This document shows, piece after piece, positions 22,714 through 34,528 of a DNA stretch of 64,000 nt. The stretch lies in assembly GCA_050253335.1 (NCBI GenBank), contig JBFWJG010000001.1, positions 46,153 to 110,152 on the forward strand, read 5' to 3'. Below the pieces are notes generated by a model. The model was not told where the DNA came from and ran no database searches. It saw only the letters and a program-made list of their open reading frames with translations. Numbering within the stretch: position 1 is the stretch's first letter; each line of letters opens with the position of its first letter. A program made the position numbers and the translations under genes. This DNA comes from Deferribacterales bacterium. GTDB lineage: Bacteria > Chrysiogenota > Deferribacteres > Deferribacterales > Geovibrionaceae.

Positions 22714-23847
22714 TTAAGAATAGTTTCTGCGGAGATAGTCCTCAAAAACCTTGTCAACAAGGGTATAAATATCAGCGTCTCTATGCACTAAATCCTCATT
22801 CAGGAGAGCCTTCAATGCAGACTGTAATGTGGCTGCGGAAGGCAGGCTGTGTCTTCTGATGTAGTCCTGCGCGAAAGGCTGTTTTGTGTTTTCACGTGCC
22901 AGTGCGGTGAGCAGGTTTCTCTGCGCTGGTGCCAGAGGTTTAAGGTATGATTCCTCGAAAACAGTCTTTTCGCTTTCAAACAGATCCTGATACGCGTCTA
23001 TAAGGCTTTCCTTTGTAACTGCTTTGTCAGACAGATTAAATGTCAGCATTCCCAGCTTTTGTACATAAAATGTGTGTCTACGGGCAAGCCGCACCAGCTC
23101 ACAGGCTAGTTCTGCCTCGCAGACAACGCCGCTGTTTTCAAACTGCTCTTTTATCCAGAGTGACAGATCGTTTTCTGCTATTTTTTCCAGAGGGTAGCTC
23201 ATTGCCATTTTATAAAACGGACGTTTGCGTTCATTGAACATATCAGAAAGAATACGCCTTCTGCTGCCCACAAAGAAGAACGATGCTCTGGTTTCCTGCA
23301 TATATGTTCTCAGCAGAGCCTCAATCTTTGCGGAATCCCGCAGTGATGTGACCTCCTGAAACTCATCGATAAAAATATTCAGGGGGCTCCCTGCGCTTTC
23401 GGAAAATATTTTTAATGACTCAAGCACATCTTCCAGAAGCTCAAAGCCCGTTTTTCCTGATACGCTCAGTAACGTAAGGGACACGCTGCCTGTGAGGGGG
23501 TCTGTCTGAACGGCGGGACGGAATGACTTAATGAGGCTCACTGCCTTCCTGTAGAGCGGCTCATGTTTTTTTGTTTCGCTGAAAACCGCCTTTGCCAGCC
23601 GTGCGGCTATGTCTTCCACGGAAAAAACGCTGAGGAAATCCGCCTTTACGGTAATTACGCCCGATTTGCGCAGTCTTTCCTGCACCCTGTTCACAAGCGA
23701 GGTTTTACCCTCTCTTCTGGGTGAGTAGATTACAACACTTGTTCCGCTGTATCCGTAGCTTTCAAGCTCCTTAAGCTCCCTGACCCTGTTGCAGAAGGGG
23801 GCTTCCTGCGGCAGAACTTTAAGGTAGAACGGATTCTTTCTCAACAT
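22714..23847 (-). CDS. AAA / archaeal-type ATPase with C-terminal wHTH
   Basis: NPF..FCNR..E, SPRREGKTSL, IDEFQ, GSRR. Confidence 0.8.
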   Translation of the reverse strand: MLRKNPFYLKVLPQEAPFCNRVRELKELESYGYSGTSVVIYSPRREGKTSLVNRVQERLRKSGVITVKADFLSVFSVEDIAARLAKAVFSETKKHEPLYRKAVSLIKSFRPAVQTDPLTGSVSLTLLSVSGKTGFELLEDVLESLKIFSESAGSPLNIFIDEFQEVTSLRDSAKIEALLRTYMQETRASFFFVGSRRRILSDMFNERKRPFYKMAMSYPLEKIAENDLSLWIKEQFENSGVVCEAELACELVRLARRHTFYVQKLGMLTFNLSDKAVTKESLIDAYQDLFESEKTVFEESYLKPLAPAQRNLLTALARENTKQPFAQDYIRRHSLPSAATLQSALKALLNEDLVHRDADIYTLVDKVFEDYLRRNYS

Positions 23848-24212
23848 GGCAAACCTCTTATGCTTGAGTCTAATTCATTATCAGCAAAAGAGCAAGTGTA
23901 TTACGCCAGTATCATTATGATATTATCATTATGACATTGGCATAACATGTTTGAGGTTTGAAACGGCGAAGTAGCAGGAGTATATGCGGACTGCTTCACA
24001 CCCGTTTTCAGTGTCATGAATCCTCAGCTGTCAGGCATCTGTTTCATAAGTAAATTCCATATTTCGTATTGTAATCAGCCCTGTTCAGACTTATTATCTC
24101 TAAAACTGCATAAACACCGTTTTACAGCTTGATCATGGATATGTGTTGTGCTAATGTTACTGCTTAACAATGTTTAGCCTCCCTGAAGTCAGCGAGGGGT
24201 GCAAATCTTTAC

Positions 24213-24249
24213 AAAGCCTTGAAACCGCAGGGTTTTTAAGGCTTTTTTC
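24213..24249 (+). terminator. terminator hairpin in the ilvD leader (candidate attenuator)
   Basis: aaagccttgaaacc-gcag-ggtttttaaggctttttt about 20 nt before the ilvD start. Confidence 0.6.
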
Positions 24250-24267
24250 TACATTAAGGAGAGCCTA

Positions 24268-25923
24268 ATGCGAAGCGACAGAGTGAAAAAAGGTCTGGAC
24301 AGAGCCCCCGCACGCGCGCTGATGTACGGCGCGGGCGTTCCCAAAAGCAGCATGGAAAGACCGCACATCGGCATCTGCTCCAGTTTCACCGACCTTATAC
24401 CCGGACACACCGGGATGAGAGACCTAGAGCGTTTCATTGACAAAGGCATTCACACGGGCGGAGGGCACGGCTTTATTTTCTGCGTGCCGGGAATTTGCGA
24501 CGGTATCTCCATGGGGCATTCAGGCATGCACTACAGCCTCCCTTCCAGAGATGCAATCGCCGATATGATCGAGTGCGTGGTGGAAGCCCACGCTCTGGAC
24601 GGAGTGGTTTTTCTCTCCAACTGCGATAAAATCACCCCCGGTATGCTCATGGCTGCCGCAAGGCTTAATGTTCCTTCAATCGTTGTCACCGCAGGGCCTA
24701 TGCTCGGCGGTTCATGGCGCATGAAGAGGCGCTCCTTCATCACAGACAGTTTCGAGGCCATGGCTCAGTGCCGCGCAGGAAAAATCAGCGCGGAGGAGAT
24801 GGAAGGGCTTGAAATGAACGCATGCCCCGGTCAGGGCGCCTGTCAGGGACTTTTCACCGCAAATACCATGGCATGCCTCACCGAAGCTATGGGAATGAGC
24901 CTTCCCGGATGCGGAACAGGAATCGCCGGTTCCGGCAACAAACGCAGAATAGCCTTTGAATCAGGCGTTCAGATATGCGAGCTGGTAAGGCAGGACATCA
25001 AACCCAGAGATATTATGAATGAAAAGGCGTTCAACAACGCAGTGAAGATGGATCTCGCCCTCGGCGGCTCCACAAACACCACCCTTCACCTTCCCGCAAT
25101 CGCATACGAAGCGGGTGTTGAGCTTAACCTTGATACTTTTGATAAATTCAGCAAATCCACGCCGCACATAACAAGCATCAACCCCGGCGGCGAATTTTAT
25201 ATGGAAGATGTTGACGCGGCAGGCGGAATCCCCGCTTTCCAGAAACGCCTCAAGCCTCTGCTTGAGGACAATATAACCGTAAGCTGCAAAACAGTTTACG
25301 AAATAGCCGACAAGGCGCATATCTTCGATGAGGATATAGTGCGCCCGCTGGACAACCCTTATCACAAAGAGGGCGGAATCGCCGTTCTGAAAGGGAACAT
25401 AGCGCCGAACGGCTGTGTTGTGAAACAGTCCGCAGTTAATGAGGACATGCTTGTTTTCAGCGGTAAAGCAAAGGTATTCGACAGCGAGGAGGCGGCTATG
25501 GCTGCCATCCACGCTGGTAAAATAGTTAACGGTGATGTTGTTGTCATCCGTTACGAAGGCCCCAAGGGCGGGCCGGGTATGCGTGAAATGCTTGCCCCCA
25601 CCGCCGCCATCATGGGTATGGGGCTTAACAGAGTCACGCTTATTACAGACGGACGCTTCTCCGGCGGCACAAGGGGACCCTGCATAGGGCACATTTCCCC
25701 CGAAGCGGCGGAAGGCGGCATAATAGCGTTAGTAGAGGACGGGGATGTGATAAACATCAATATCCCGGAGAGAGGTATCGGTCTCGCCGTTTCCGAAGAA
25801 GAGCTTAGGAGACGGCAGGCCCGCTGGGTCAAGCCCGAACCGAAAGTCAAGCACGGCTACCTGCTGAAATACGCCAAAGGCGTTTCAAGCGCGGCAGACG
25901 GCGCCATCTTCAAAAGGGACTGA
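24268..25923 (+). CDS. ilvD: dihydroxy-acid dehydratase
   Basis: [32 protein letters not shown]. Confidence 0.97.
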   Translation: MRSDRVKKGLDRAPARALMYGAGVPKSSMERPHIGICSSFTDLIPGHTGMRDLERFIDKGIHTGGGHGFIFCVPGICDGISMGHSGMHYSLPSRDAIADMIECVVEAHALDGVVFLSNCDKITPGMLMAAARLNVPSIVVTAGPMLGGSWRMKRRSFITDSFEAMAQCRAGKISAEEMEGLEMNACPGQGACQGLFTANTMACLTEAMGMSLPGCGTGIAGSGNKRRIAFESGVQICELVRQDIKPRDIMNEKAFNNAVKMDLALGGSTNTTLHLPAIAYEAGVELNLDTFDKFSKSTPHITSINPGGEFYMEDVDAAGGIPAFQKRLKPLLEDNITVSCKTVYEIADKAHIFDEDIVRPLDNPYHKEGGIAVLKGNIAPNGCVVKQSAVNEDMLVFSGKAKVFDSEEAAMAAIHAGKIVNGDVVVIRYEGPKGGPGMREMLAPTAAIMGMGLNRVTLITDGRFSGGTRGPCIGHISPEAAEGGIIALVEDGDVININIPERGIGLAVSEEELRRRQARWVKPEPKVKHGYLLKYAKGVSSAADGAIFKRD

Positions 25924-25973
25924 ACCGTTTATCTAACCTTGTAATAGTTTTGTAATACTCAGGAGATTTTAAA

Positions 25974-27665
25974 ATGCCGATCACCGGAGCGGAAATATTA
26001 GTTAAAGCCCTGCATGAGGAGGGAGCCGATCTTATCTTCGGCTACCCCGGCGGAGTGCTTTTAGGGATATACGACAAACTCTTCGACGCGGACTTGCTCC
26101 ACGTCCTTCCCCGCCACGAACAGGGCGGCATACACGCAGCGGAAGGCTTTGCCAGAGCAACAGGCAAGGTCGGCGTATGCTTCGGGACATCTGGCCCCGG
26201 AGCCACCAACCTCGTTACGGGCATAGCCAACGCTTATATGGATTCCATCCCCCTTGTGGTTTTCACGGGGCAGGTCTCCACAAATCTCATAGGCGGAGAC
26301 GCGTTTCAGGAAGCGGACATAGTGGGTATTACACGCCCCATAGTCAAGCACAGCTATCTGGTGAACGATGTCAAAGAAATGGCGGCAACCATAAAAGAGG
26401 CATTCTACATAGCCAGAACAGGCCGACCCGGCCCCGTTGTGGTGGATCTGCCCAAGGATGTTGTCAATGCCAAGGCTGAGTTCAACTGGGACAAAGAGAT
26501 AAGCCTCCCCGGCTACAGCCCCAATACCAAAGGGCATCCGGGACAGATACGCAAAATGCTCAGGCTCCTCGAAGGTGCGAAAAGACCTGTCATCCTTTCA
26601 GGCGGCGGTGTTACCCTTGCCAATGCCGCAGACGAGCTTAAACAGCTTGCGGAGATAACGGGCGTTCCTGTTATAACCACCTTCCTCGGTCTCGGCTCAT
26701 TCCCCGGAACCCATCCGCAGTGCGTGGGCTGGCTCGGAATGCACGGCAACAAAGCCTCAAATATGGCCATAACCGAGGCGGACTATATCATAGCCGTGGG
26801 CACAAGGTTCTCCGACCGCTCAACAGGCAAGCTCAGCGGTTTTGCGCCCCATGCGAAGATAGCCCATATTGACGTTGACCCCGCATCCATAAGCAAAAAT
26901 GTTCCCGTTGAGATCCCCATAGTCGGGGACTGCAAAATCGTTCTCGCTCAGGCACTGGAAGAGGTTAAAAACTTCGGATGGGACAAGCACAAAGCGGACA
27001 GAACAGCCTGGCAGGCGAAGATCGACTCATGGAATAAAGAACAGCCTTTTTCATACACTTTTTCGGATAAAGTCATAAAACCCCAGTATGTTGTGGAGCA
27101 GATCTACAAGGTGACCAAGGGCGATGCCATTATCTGCACGGAAGTCGGCCAGCACCAGATGTGGGCGGGTCAGTTCTATAAGTTTGACCGTCCGCGCCAG
27201 TTTATCTCCTCCGGCGGCCTCGGCACCATGGGCTTCGGTTTTCCCGCGGCCATAGGCGCAAAGATGGGTATGCCCGATAAAGAGGTTTTCGACATAGCGG
27301 GAGACGGCAGTTTCCTTATGAACATACAGGAGATGACCACCGCCGTTCAGTACAGAGTCGGCGTTAAGGTGGCGATACTCAACAACTTCTTCCTCGGAAT
27401 GGTGAGGCAGTGGCAGCAGATGTTCTTTGACAAGCGCTACAGCAGTACATGCCTTGAATGCCAGCCTGATTTTGTGAAGCTGGCTGAGGCGTTCGGCTGT
27501 GTGGGTCTGCGCGCTGAGAAACCCTCAGAAGTTGAGGATGTTCTCCGTGAATCCCTGAAGATCAAAAATCTTCCGGTTATAATGGACTTCCGTGTGGACA
27601 GAGAGGAAAACGTTTTCCCCATGGTTCCCGCCGGAGCCTCTAACAATGAAATGCTTTTCAGGTAA
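25974..27665 (+). CDS. ilvB: acetolactate synthase large subunit
   Basis: FGYPGG, RHEQG, TSGPGATN, GDGSF..N. Confidence 0.96.
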   Translation: MPITGAEILVKALHEEGADLIFGYPGGVLLGIYDKLFDADLLHVLPRHEQGGIHAAEGFARATGKVGVCFGTSGPGATNLVTGIANAYMDSIPLVVFTGQVSTNLIGGDAFQEADIVGITRPIVKHSYLVNDVKEMAATIKEAFYIARTGRPGPVVVDLPKDVVNAKAEFNWDKEISLPGYSPNTKGHPGQIRKMLRLLEGAKRPVILSGGGVTLANAADELKQLAEITGVPVITTFLGLGSFPGTHPQCVGWLGMHGNKASNMAITEADYIIAVGTRFSDRSTGKLSGFAPHAKIAHIDVDPASISKNVPVEIPIVGDCKIVLAQALEEVKNFGWDKHKADRTAWQAKIDSWNKEQPFSYTFSDKVIKPQYVVEQIYKVTKGDAIICTEVGQHQMWAGQFYKFDRPRQFISSGGLGTMGFGFPAAIGAKMGMPDKEVFDIAGDGSFLMNIQEMTTAVQYRVGVKVAILNNFFLGMVRQWQQMFFDKRYSSTCLECQPDFVKLAEAFGCVGLRAEKPSEVEDVLRESLKIKNLPVIMDFRVDREENVFPMVPAGASNNEMLFR

Positions 27666-27677
27666 GGGGGCAGAAAG

Positions 27678-28172
27678 ATGAGACATATCATATCCGTTCT
27701 TGTTGAAAACAAATTCGGCGTCCTCTCCCGCATTTCCGGCCTGTTCAGCGGCAGAGGCTACAACATAGAAAGCCTCTCCGTAGGCGAAACTGTGGAAGAG
27801 GGGCTCTCCATAATGACCATAGTCACCAGAGGGGATGACGCTGTGATCGAGCAGATCATAAAGCAGCTCCGCAAGCTGGTGAATGTTATAAAAGTGCGTG
27901 ATGTTGTTTCCATGGATCACATAGAGCGTGAAATGCTCCTTGTGAAGGTTCATGCCACAGGACGCACAAGACCTGAGATCTTTAATATCGTCAGCACTTT
28001 CAGGGCGAAAACCATAGACCTCAACGGTGAGTCTCTGGTTATTGAAATCACAGGCACAAAAGACAAAAACACCGCCTTCCTCAAGGTGATGGAACCCTAC
28101 GGAATAATCGAGGTCGTCCGCACCGGAAGCGTCGCTATCGCAAGGGGCAGTAAGGCCACAAGCGATAAGTAA
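27678..28172 (+). CDS. ilvN: acetolactate synthase small subunit
   Basis: ACT domain VENKFGVLSRISGLFSGRGYNIESL. Confidence 0.95.
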   Translation: MRHIISVLVENKFGVLSRISGLFSGRGYNIESLSVGETVEEGLSIMTIVTRGDDAVIEQIIKQLRKLVNVIKVRDVVSMDHIEREMLLVKVHATGRTRPEIFNIVSTFRAKTIDLNGESLVIEITGTKDKNTAFLKVMEPYGIIEVVRTGSVAIARGSKATSDK

Positions 28173-28278
28173 ACGGTATTCGATTTTTTGGGAAGAGTGT
28201 GAGAAACCGTTTTTTTCGTGAAAAAAGGGTTTCTCACTTTATAAAAAAGAATTAAAAAGATTGTAAATAAACAGCTAA

Positions 28279-29316
<1,038 letters not shown>

Positions 29317-29378
29317 TATATTGTAATTATTCAGGGCGGACTTTTCCGCCCTGAAATAATATATTTCGGAGTTCTCCC

Positions 29379-30014
29379 TTGTTTGCAAAAGAAGGCTATC
29401 CGTTCATTCTCACAGCGCTTGCCGTATTCCTTATCATTTTCTTTTTACCGAAAGGTCTGCTTACATTCCTTTCTCTGGTTATTCTCGGTCTGCTTCTCTG
29501 GTTTTTCAGAGATCCGGAGAGAGATATCCCCCCGTTTGATGAAATAGCTGTCTCAGCGGCGGACGGAAAAGTAATCGACATAGCGGAAACTGAATTTGAA
29601 GGAAGGACGTATAACAAAATCAGCGTATTCATGAATATTTTCAATGTTCATGTAAACAGGATGCCCATTGCGGGAACAGTCACCGGAATACGCCACAAGC
29701 CCGGCTCCTTCATCCCCGCCGACAGACCGGACGCAGGGGACAGAAACGAGCAGAACGTGATCTACGTGGACACGGAATACGGCCCTATGGTGGTTAAGCA
29801 GATTGCAGGCCTCGTTGCCAGACGCACAGTGTGCTACTGGAAAAAAGGTGACAAAGTATGCTTCGGCGACAGGCTGGGGATAATCAAGTTTTCCTCCCGC
29901 GTGGATCTGTTCCTCCCCAAAAGCTTTGACATAATCGTCAAAAACGGCGATATTGTGAAAGCAGGCGAAACTGTTATCGCAAAATATAACGAAAAGCTTG
30001 ATACGGACGATTAG
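29379..30014 (+). CDS. psd: phosphatidylserine decarboxylase (PSD-A)
   Basis: FFRDPER, FMNIFNVHVNR, QIAGLVARR, IKFSSRVD. Confidence 0.92.
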   Translation: MFAKEGYPFILTALAVFLIIFFLPKGLLTFLSLVILGLLLWFFRDPERDIPPFDEIAVSAADGKVIDIAETEFEGRTYNKISVFMNIFNVHVNRMPIAGTVTGIRHKPGSFIPADRPDAGDRNEQNVIYVDTEYGPMVVKQIAGLVARRTVCYWKKGDKVCFGDRLGIIKFSSRVDLFLPKSFDIIVKNGDIVKAGETVIAKYNEKLDTDD

Positions 30015-30030
30015 GCATTAAGGCATATAA

Positions 30031-30786
30031 GTGAAAATATTCAAAGAGGCTGAATTGGTAAACAAAAACGCGATTTTTCCGAACTTCGTTACGCTTCTGG
30101 GGCTTTTCAGCGGGTTCTACTCCATAATTGCCACCCTGAACGGCAACTATGTTATGGCCGCATACGCCACTCTCATAGCGTTCGTTTTTGACGGACTGGA
30201 CGGAAAAATAGCAAGAATGCTCAACGCTTCAAGCGAGTTCGGCATTCAGCTCGACTCGCTGGCGGATCTCATCTCCTTCGGAGTGGCTCCTGCTCTGCTT
30301 GTTTACAAATGGGCTTTGGAACCCTACGGAAGGCTCGGATGGATGGCGGCGTTTCTTTTTGTCGCGTGTGCGGCGCTGAGGCTTGCCCGATTCAATGTGC
30401 AGGCTAAACGCATCTCAAACAAATTTTTTGTCGGTCTGCCCAGCCCCGCAGCAGCGGGTGTTGTGGTGACAAGCGTTCTGTTTGCCCGTCACTTTTTCGG
30501 CGATCCCACTGCCATTGAGGTTCCGCTCTGGTTCACGTTCATGATATATATTCTGGCGTTCCTCATGGTCAGCAACGTGCCCTATTTCAGCTTCAAAAAT
30601 ATTGAGTATTTCCACAAAAAGCCATTTAACTCCATGGTGGCTTTCGTTCTTTTTATATTTGTACTCGGTCTCTATCCCGAAGTATTCCTGTTTCTTTTTG
30701 CTTTCACATATGCCGCAAGCGGTATGATTGCGCTACTACTAAGGAAAAACAGGGTGCATCTGGAGGAAGAGGCTCAGGAAATATAG
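30031..30786 (+). CDS. pssA: CDP-diacylglycerol-serine O-phosphatidyltransferase
   Basis: DGLDGKIAR...FG..LDSLADLISFGVAP, LRLARFN. Confidence 0.93.
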   Translation: MKIFKEAELVNKNAIFPNFVTLLGLFSGFYSIIATLNGNYVMAAYATLIAFVFDGLDGKIARMLNASSEFGIQLDSLADLISFGVAPALLVYKWALEPYGRLGWMAAFLFVACAALRLARFNVQAKRISNKFFVGLPSPAAAGVVVTSVLFARHFFGDPTAIEVPLWFTFMIYILAFLMVSNVPYFSFKNIEYFHKKPFNSMVAFVLFIFVLGLYPEVFLFLFAFTYAASGMIALLLRKNRVHLEEEAQEI

Positions 30787-30825
30787 CTGTAATAAATATC
30801 CTTTTATAGGAATAGGTTATATTAA

Positions 30826-30862
30826 GAGGTCTCACCCTTCAGGGGATGAGGCCTTTTTTTTT
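30826..30862 (+). terminator. intrinsic terminator between pssA and leuA (candidate attenuator)
   Basis: aggtctcaccct-tc-aggggatgaggcct followed by a T9 run. Confidence 0.7.
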
Positions 30863-30900
30863 GCACAATGCTCGCATAAAATTAATCAGGGAGGCGGAAA

Positions 30901-30990
30901 ATGTTCGGGAAAAACCATCCGAAAAGAAAAACAAGAGTGCTACGGAACAGCAGGAACCCACTGAAACTATGGACTGAGATTAAGAAATAA
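30901..30990 (+). CDS. putative 29-aa small ORF upstream of leuA
   Basis: GGAGG RBS 6 nt before ATG; MFGKNHPKRKTRVLRNSRNPLKLWTEIKK*. Confidence 0.3.
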   Translation: MFGKNHPKRKTRVLRNSRNPLKLWTEIKK

Positions 30991-31022
30991 TTGATAGATA
31001 ATAAATTTACAGGAGATTTAAA

Positions 31023-32576
31023 ATGAGCAAAAAAAGAGTGATAATTTTCGACACCACCCTGAGAGACGGAGAACAGGCGCCCGGTTTCAGTATGAACACC
31101 GAAGAGAAAATCAAGATGGCGCTTCAGCTTGAAAAACTGGGTGTTGATGTGATGGAGGCAGGTTTTCCCATATCATCCCCCGGTGATTTCGAGGCAGTGC
31201 AGAAGGTGGCGTCCGTTATAAAGAACGCGGGTGTCGCCGGGCTCTGCCGCGCAAACCAGAAGGATATATCAGTGGGCTGGGATGCCCTGAAAGGTGCTGT
31301 CCGCCCCAGAATCCACACATTTCTCGCGACAAGCGACATCCACCTCCAGTACAAGCTGAAAAAGACCCGCGAAGAGGTTCTGGAAATAGCCACAGGCGCA
31401 GTGAAGTTTGCCCGCAACCTTTGCGGTGATGTCGAGTTCAGCTGCGAGGACGCCACAAGGAGCGATCTGGACTTCCTGTGTCAGATGGTTGAAGCTGTTA
31501 TCGCTGCCGGTGCCTCAACGGTGAACCTGCCTGATACAGTGGGCTATACTGTGCCTTTTGAGTATGAAAAAATAATCTCCACAATCATGAACAAAGTTCC
31601 CAACATTGACAAAGCCAGAATAAGCGTCCACTGCCATAACGACCTCGGTCTTGCCTCCGCAAACTCTCTGGCGGCAATCCGCGCGGGAGCCACGCAGGTG
31701 GAGTGCACCATAAACGGCATAGGCGAAAGGGCAGGGAACGCCGCGTTTGAGGAAGTCATCATGGCTCTTAACGTCCGCAAGGATCTGTTCGATGTTGAGA
31801 CAAATGTAAACACAAAAGAGATCTACCGTTCCAGCAAGCTGCTTACATCCATCACAGGCGTGGGTGTTCAGCCCAACAAGGCTGTTGTGGGCAAAAACGC
31901 TTTTGCGCACGAGGCGGGAATACATCAGGACGGCGTGCTGAAAAACAGGATCACCTATGAGATAATGACCCCCGAAAGCGTGGGCTATCCCTCCAACGCT
32001 CTGGTTCTCGGCAAGCATTCCGGACGTCACGCGTTCATCAAAAGGCTTGAGGCGCTCGGCTTCACCCTTGACGCGGAGCAGACGGAAACAGCGTTCAACA
32101 AGTTCAAGGTTCTGGCGGACAAGAAGAAGGAAGTTTTCGATGAAGATCTTGAAATGCTTGTGGAACAGCAGCTTAACGAATCGGTTAAGCATTTCTCTGT
32201 GGGAACGGTCACTTTCGCAAGCGGCAACGCTGGAATACCCACGGCGACTGTGGAGCTTAAAAACGAGCAGGGCGAAGTTCTTGTTGATGCCTGCATAGGC
32301 GATGGTCCGGTTGATGCTTGCCTCAAGGCAATAGAACGCACAACGGGAATAGTCGGAAGGCTGAAAAGCTATAAAATAAATGCGCTCACTGCCGGAAAGG
32401 ATGCTCAGGGCGAGGTTGTGCTCACTGTTGAGTTTGAGAAATGCGGCTATGACGTAACAGGCAGAGGCTCAAACACGGACGTTGTAGTCGCCAGTGCCGA
32501 GGCGTATGTTTATGCAATGAACAGATACCTTTCCAGAAAAGATCAAAAGAAAGAGATGGAAGACAGAGGAATATAA
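31023..32576 (+). CDS. leuA: 2-isopropylmalate synthase
   Basis: DTTLRDGEQ, HCHNDLG, GIGERAGN, HEAGIHQDG, C-terminal regulatory domain. Confidence 0.97.
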   Translation: MSKKRVIIFDTTLRDGEQAPGFSMNTEEKIKMALQLEKLGVDVMEAGFPISSPGDFEAVQKVASVIKNAGVAGLCRANQKDISVGWDALKGAVRPRIHTFLATSDIHLQYKLKKTREEVLEIATGAVKFARNLCGDVEFSCEDATRSDLDFLCQMVEAVIAAGASTVNLPDTVGYTVPFEYEKIISTIMNKVPNIDKARISVHCHNDLGLASANSLAAIRAGATQVECTINGIGERAGNAAFEEVIMALNVRKDLFDVETNVNTKEIYRSSKLLTSITGVGVQPNKAVVGKNAFAHEAGIHQDGVLKNRITYEIMTPESVGYPSNALVLGKHSGRHAFIKRLEALGFTLDAEQTETAFNKFKVLADKKKEVFDEDLEMLVEQQLNESVKHFSVGTVTFASGNAGIPTATVELKNEQGEVLVDACIGDGPVDACLKAIERTTGIVGRLKSYKINALTAGKDAQGEVVLTVEFEKCGYDVTGRGSNTDVVVASAEAYVYAMNRYLSRKDQKKEMEDRGI

Positions 32577-32583
32577 GAGCAGG

Positions 32584-32614
32584 AAGCCCCGCACGGAAAA
32601 ATGCGGGGCTTTTT
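32584..32614 (+). terminator. terminator after leuA
   Basis: aagccccgca...tgcggggcttttt. Confidence 0.8.
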
Positions 32615-32695
32615 ATTAAGTCCTATCAATTGTAATGCGCCCTGATTGATGATATATTTAATATAAAGATACAATGCTTTTTGCGGAGGGGCTCT

Positions 32696-34408
32696 ATGAA
32701 GCTCAACACGATCATGGCTCTTATTATTTCATTGGTGGTTGCCTGCGGCATGGGGATCATTCTTGCGGTTAACTACACTATCACGAAAAACCAGATGTTT
32801 AACGCTGAGTTTGAACGCGCAAGAAGCTTCATTCTGGCGGCGGAAGGCGTTAGGGAATGGGGAGCACAGCAGCTCAAGGAAGGCGTTTTCGCCACTGATG
32901 AGATCAAGTCTGATGTTGATAAGTTTCTCTACACTGTGCCTGTCATAGGTGCGATAAGGGTTATGGAGTCAAAGTCCGAAGAGGCCGGACTGAAGTTCAA
33001 GGTGCCTAAATTCCAACCGAGAAACCCCAAAAACGCTCCGGATGCTAAAGAAGCGGAAGTTCTTCAGATGCTTGCCAAAAAAGATACCGGCTCCGGTAAT
33101 ACCCCTGAGCATATGTTTTATGATAAAGAAACCGGAATGCTCCGTTATTTTAAGGCAATAAGGCTCACTTCAGAGTGCGAGCTCTGCCACGGCGATCCGG
33201 CGACCTCCTCCGAGCTCTGGGGAACAAACGACGGAACAGACCCGACAGGCGTTAAGATGGAAAACTGGAGAGCAGGGGAGATACACGGGGCATTTGAGGT
33301 CTTTCTTCCCACTAACAACGCATATGCCATGCTGCGCAAAGGGCTTTACACTTATATAGGCATATTCATCCCCATTACAATCGCTCTGATACTGGTGATA
33401 TATGCCCTTAACAAAAAAATGATTTTCAGAAGGCTTGAGGATATGGAGCGGGTTTTCAGCACCATAGCTTCCGGCGATTATACTGTTAAAGTTAAAATAA
33501 AGAGAGATGACGAGGTAGGCAAACTTGGCGTGGCTGTGAACAAAATGGTTGACGGAACCAGCCGTGCGCTTTCTATGGTTGTGGACAGCATCACAAGCCT
33601 CGCCAGCACATCCGCTGAGCTTGCGAGCAACTCGGAAACCATTGCGAAAAACGCGCAGAATCAGGCGGAACAGTCCGTGAGCACTGCGTCTGCTGTTGAA
33701 GAGATAAGCGGCACTGTGGCTGAAGTGGCTGAAAATGCCGCAAATGTTTCTGACAGCACAAATAAAGCGAAGCAGAACGTTGTCCGCGGTTATTCTCTTG
33801 TTATGGAAACAAGGGATATGATGGAGAAAATTGCCTCTACCGTTGAGGATTCGGCAGTAACCGTGCGGAAACTCGGCGAATCCAGCGAGCAGATCGGCGC
33901 AATAGTGCAGGTTATTGACGATATAGCGGATCAGACAAACCTTCTCGCGCTTAATGCCGCAATTGAGGCCGCAAGAGCAGGGGAACACGGACGTGGATTT
34001 GCGGTTGTCGCAGATGAGGTGCGCAAGCTGGCGGAAAAAACAGTGAAGGCCACCAAGGAAATAGCTGATATGATCCAGAATATTCAGGCTGACACGGGCG
34101 GCGCTGTTATGGGAATGGCCGAAGGTGTTCAGCAGGTTGATAGCGGAAAGCAGAAAGCTGTGGAAGCAGGAGACGCGCTCGGCGTTATCAAGTCAAACAT
34201 GGAGGATGTAGCGGGAGGCGTCGGCCAGATTGCCCGCGCTACGGACGAACAGGCGAATGCAATGGAGCTCATGTCCAGAAGCATAGAGAGTATATCCGCT
34301 ATCTCCGGCGAGAACTCAAACGCGGCACACGAATCTGCGGAAGCAGTGGAACAGCTCAGCAGGCTTGCCTCGGAGCTTCAGAATATTGTTTCCAGATTCA
34401 AACTCTGA
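32696..34408 (+). CDS. methyl-accepting chemotaxis protein with DUF3365 (c-heme) sensor domain
   Basis: TM, periplasmic PRNPKN and CELCH (CxxCH), [43 protein letters not shown]. Confidence 0.92.
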   Translation: MKLNTIMALIISLVVACGMGIILAVNYTITKNQMFNAEFERARSFILAAEGVREWGAQQLKEGVFATDEIKSDVDKFLYTVPVIGAIRVMESKSEEAGLKFKVPKFQPRNPKNAPDAKEAEVLQMLAKKDTGSGNTPEHMFYDKETGMLRYFKAIRLTSECELCHGDPATSSELWGTNDGTDPTGVKMENWRAGEIHGAFEVFLPTNNAYAMLRKGLYTYIGIFIPITIALILVIYALNKKMIFRRLEDMERVFSTIASGDYTVKVKIKRDDEVGKLGVAVNKMVDGTSRALSMVVDSITSLASTSAELASNSETIAKNAQNQAEQSVSTASAVEEISGTVAEVAENAANVSDSTNKAKQNVVRGYSLVMETRDMMEKIASTVEDSAVTVRKLGESSEQIGAIVQVIDDIADQTNLLALNAAIEAARAGEHGRGFAVVADEVRKLAEKTVKATKEIADMIQNIQADTGGAVMGMAEGVQQVDSGKQKAVEAGDALGVIKSNMEDVAGGVGQIARATDEQANAMELMSRSIESISAISGENSNAAHESAEAVEQLSRLASELQNIVSRFKL

Positions 34409-34416
34409 GAAAAATC

Positions 34417-34443
34417 AGGGGAGCCCTTAGGGCTCCCCTTTTT
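34417..34443 (+). terminator. terminator after the MCP gene
   Basis: aggggagccc-tta-gggctccccttttt. Confidence 0.8.
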
Positions 34444-34450
34444 AAAGCCG

Positions 34451-34524
34451 AGCGAGATAATTTTTACTCAATGGTGAGATAATTTTTTCTTGAAGCGGTT
34501 TGATACTGTCAAAAACAGTTTGAA
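34451..34524 (+). repeat. left-end motifs of the Mu-like element
   Basis: gAGATAAtttttactcaatggtgAGATAAttt and tgtcaaaaacagtttga; inverted counterparts at 47820-47920. Confidence 0.65.
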
Positions 34525-34528
34525 ACAC

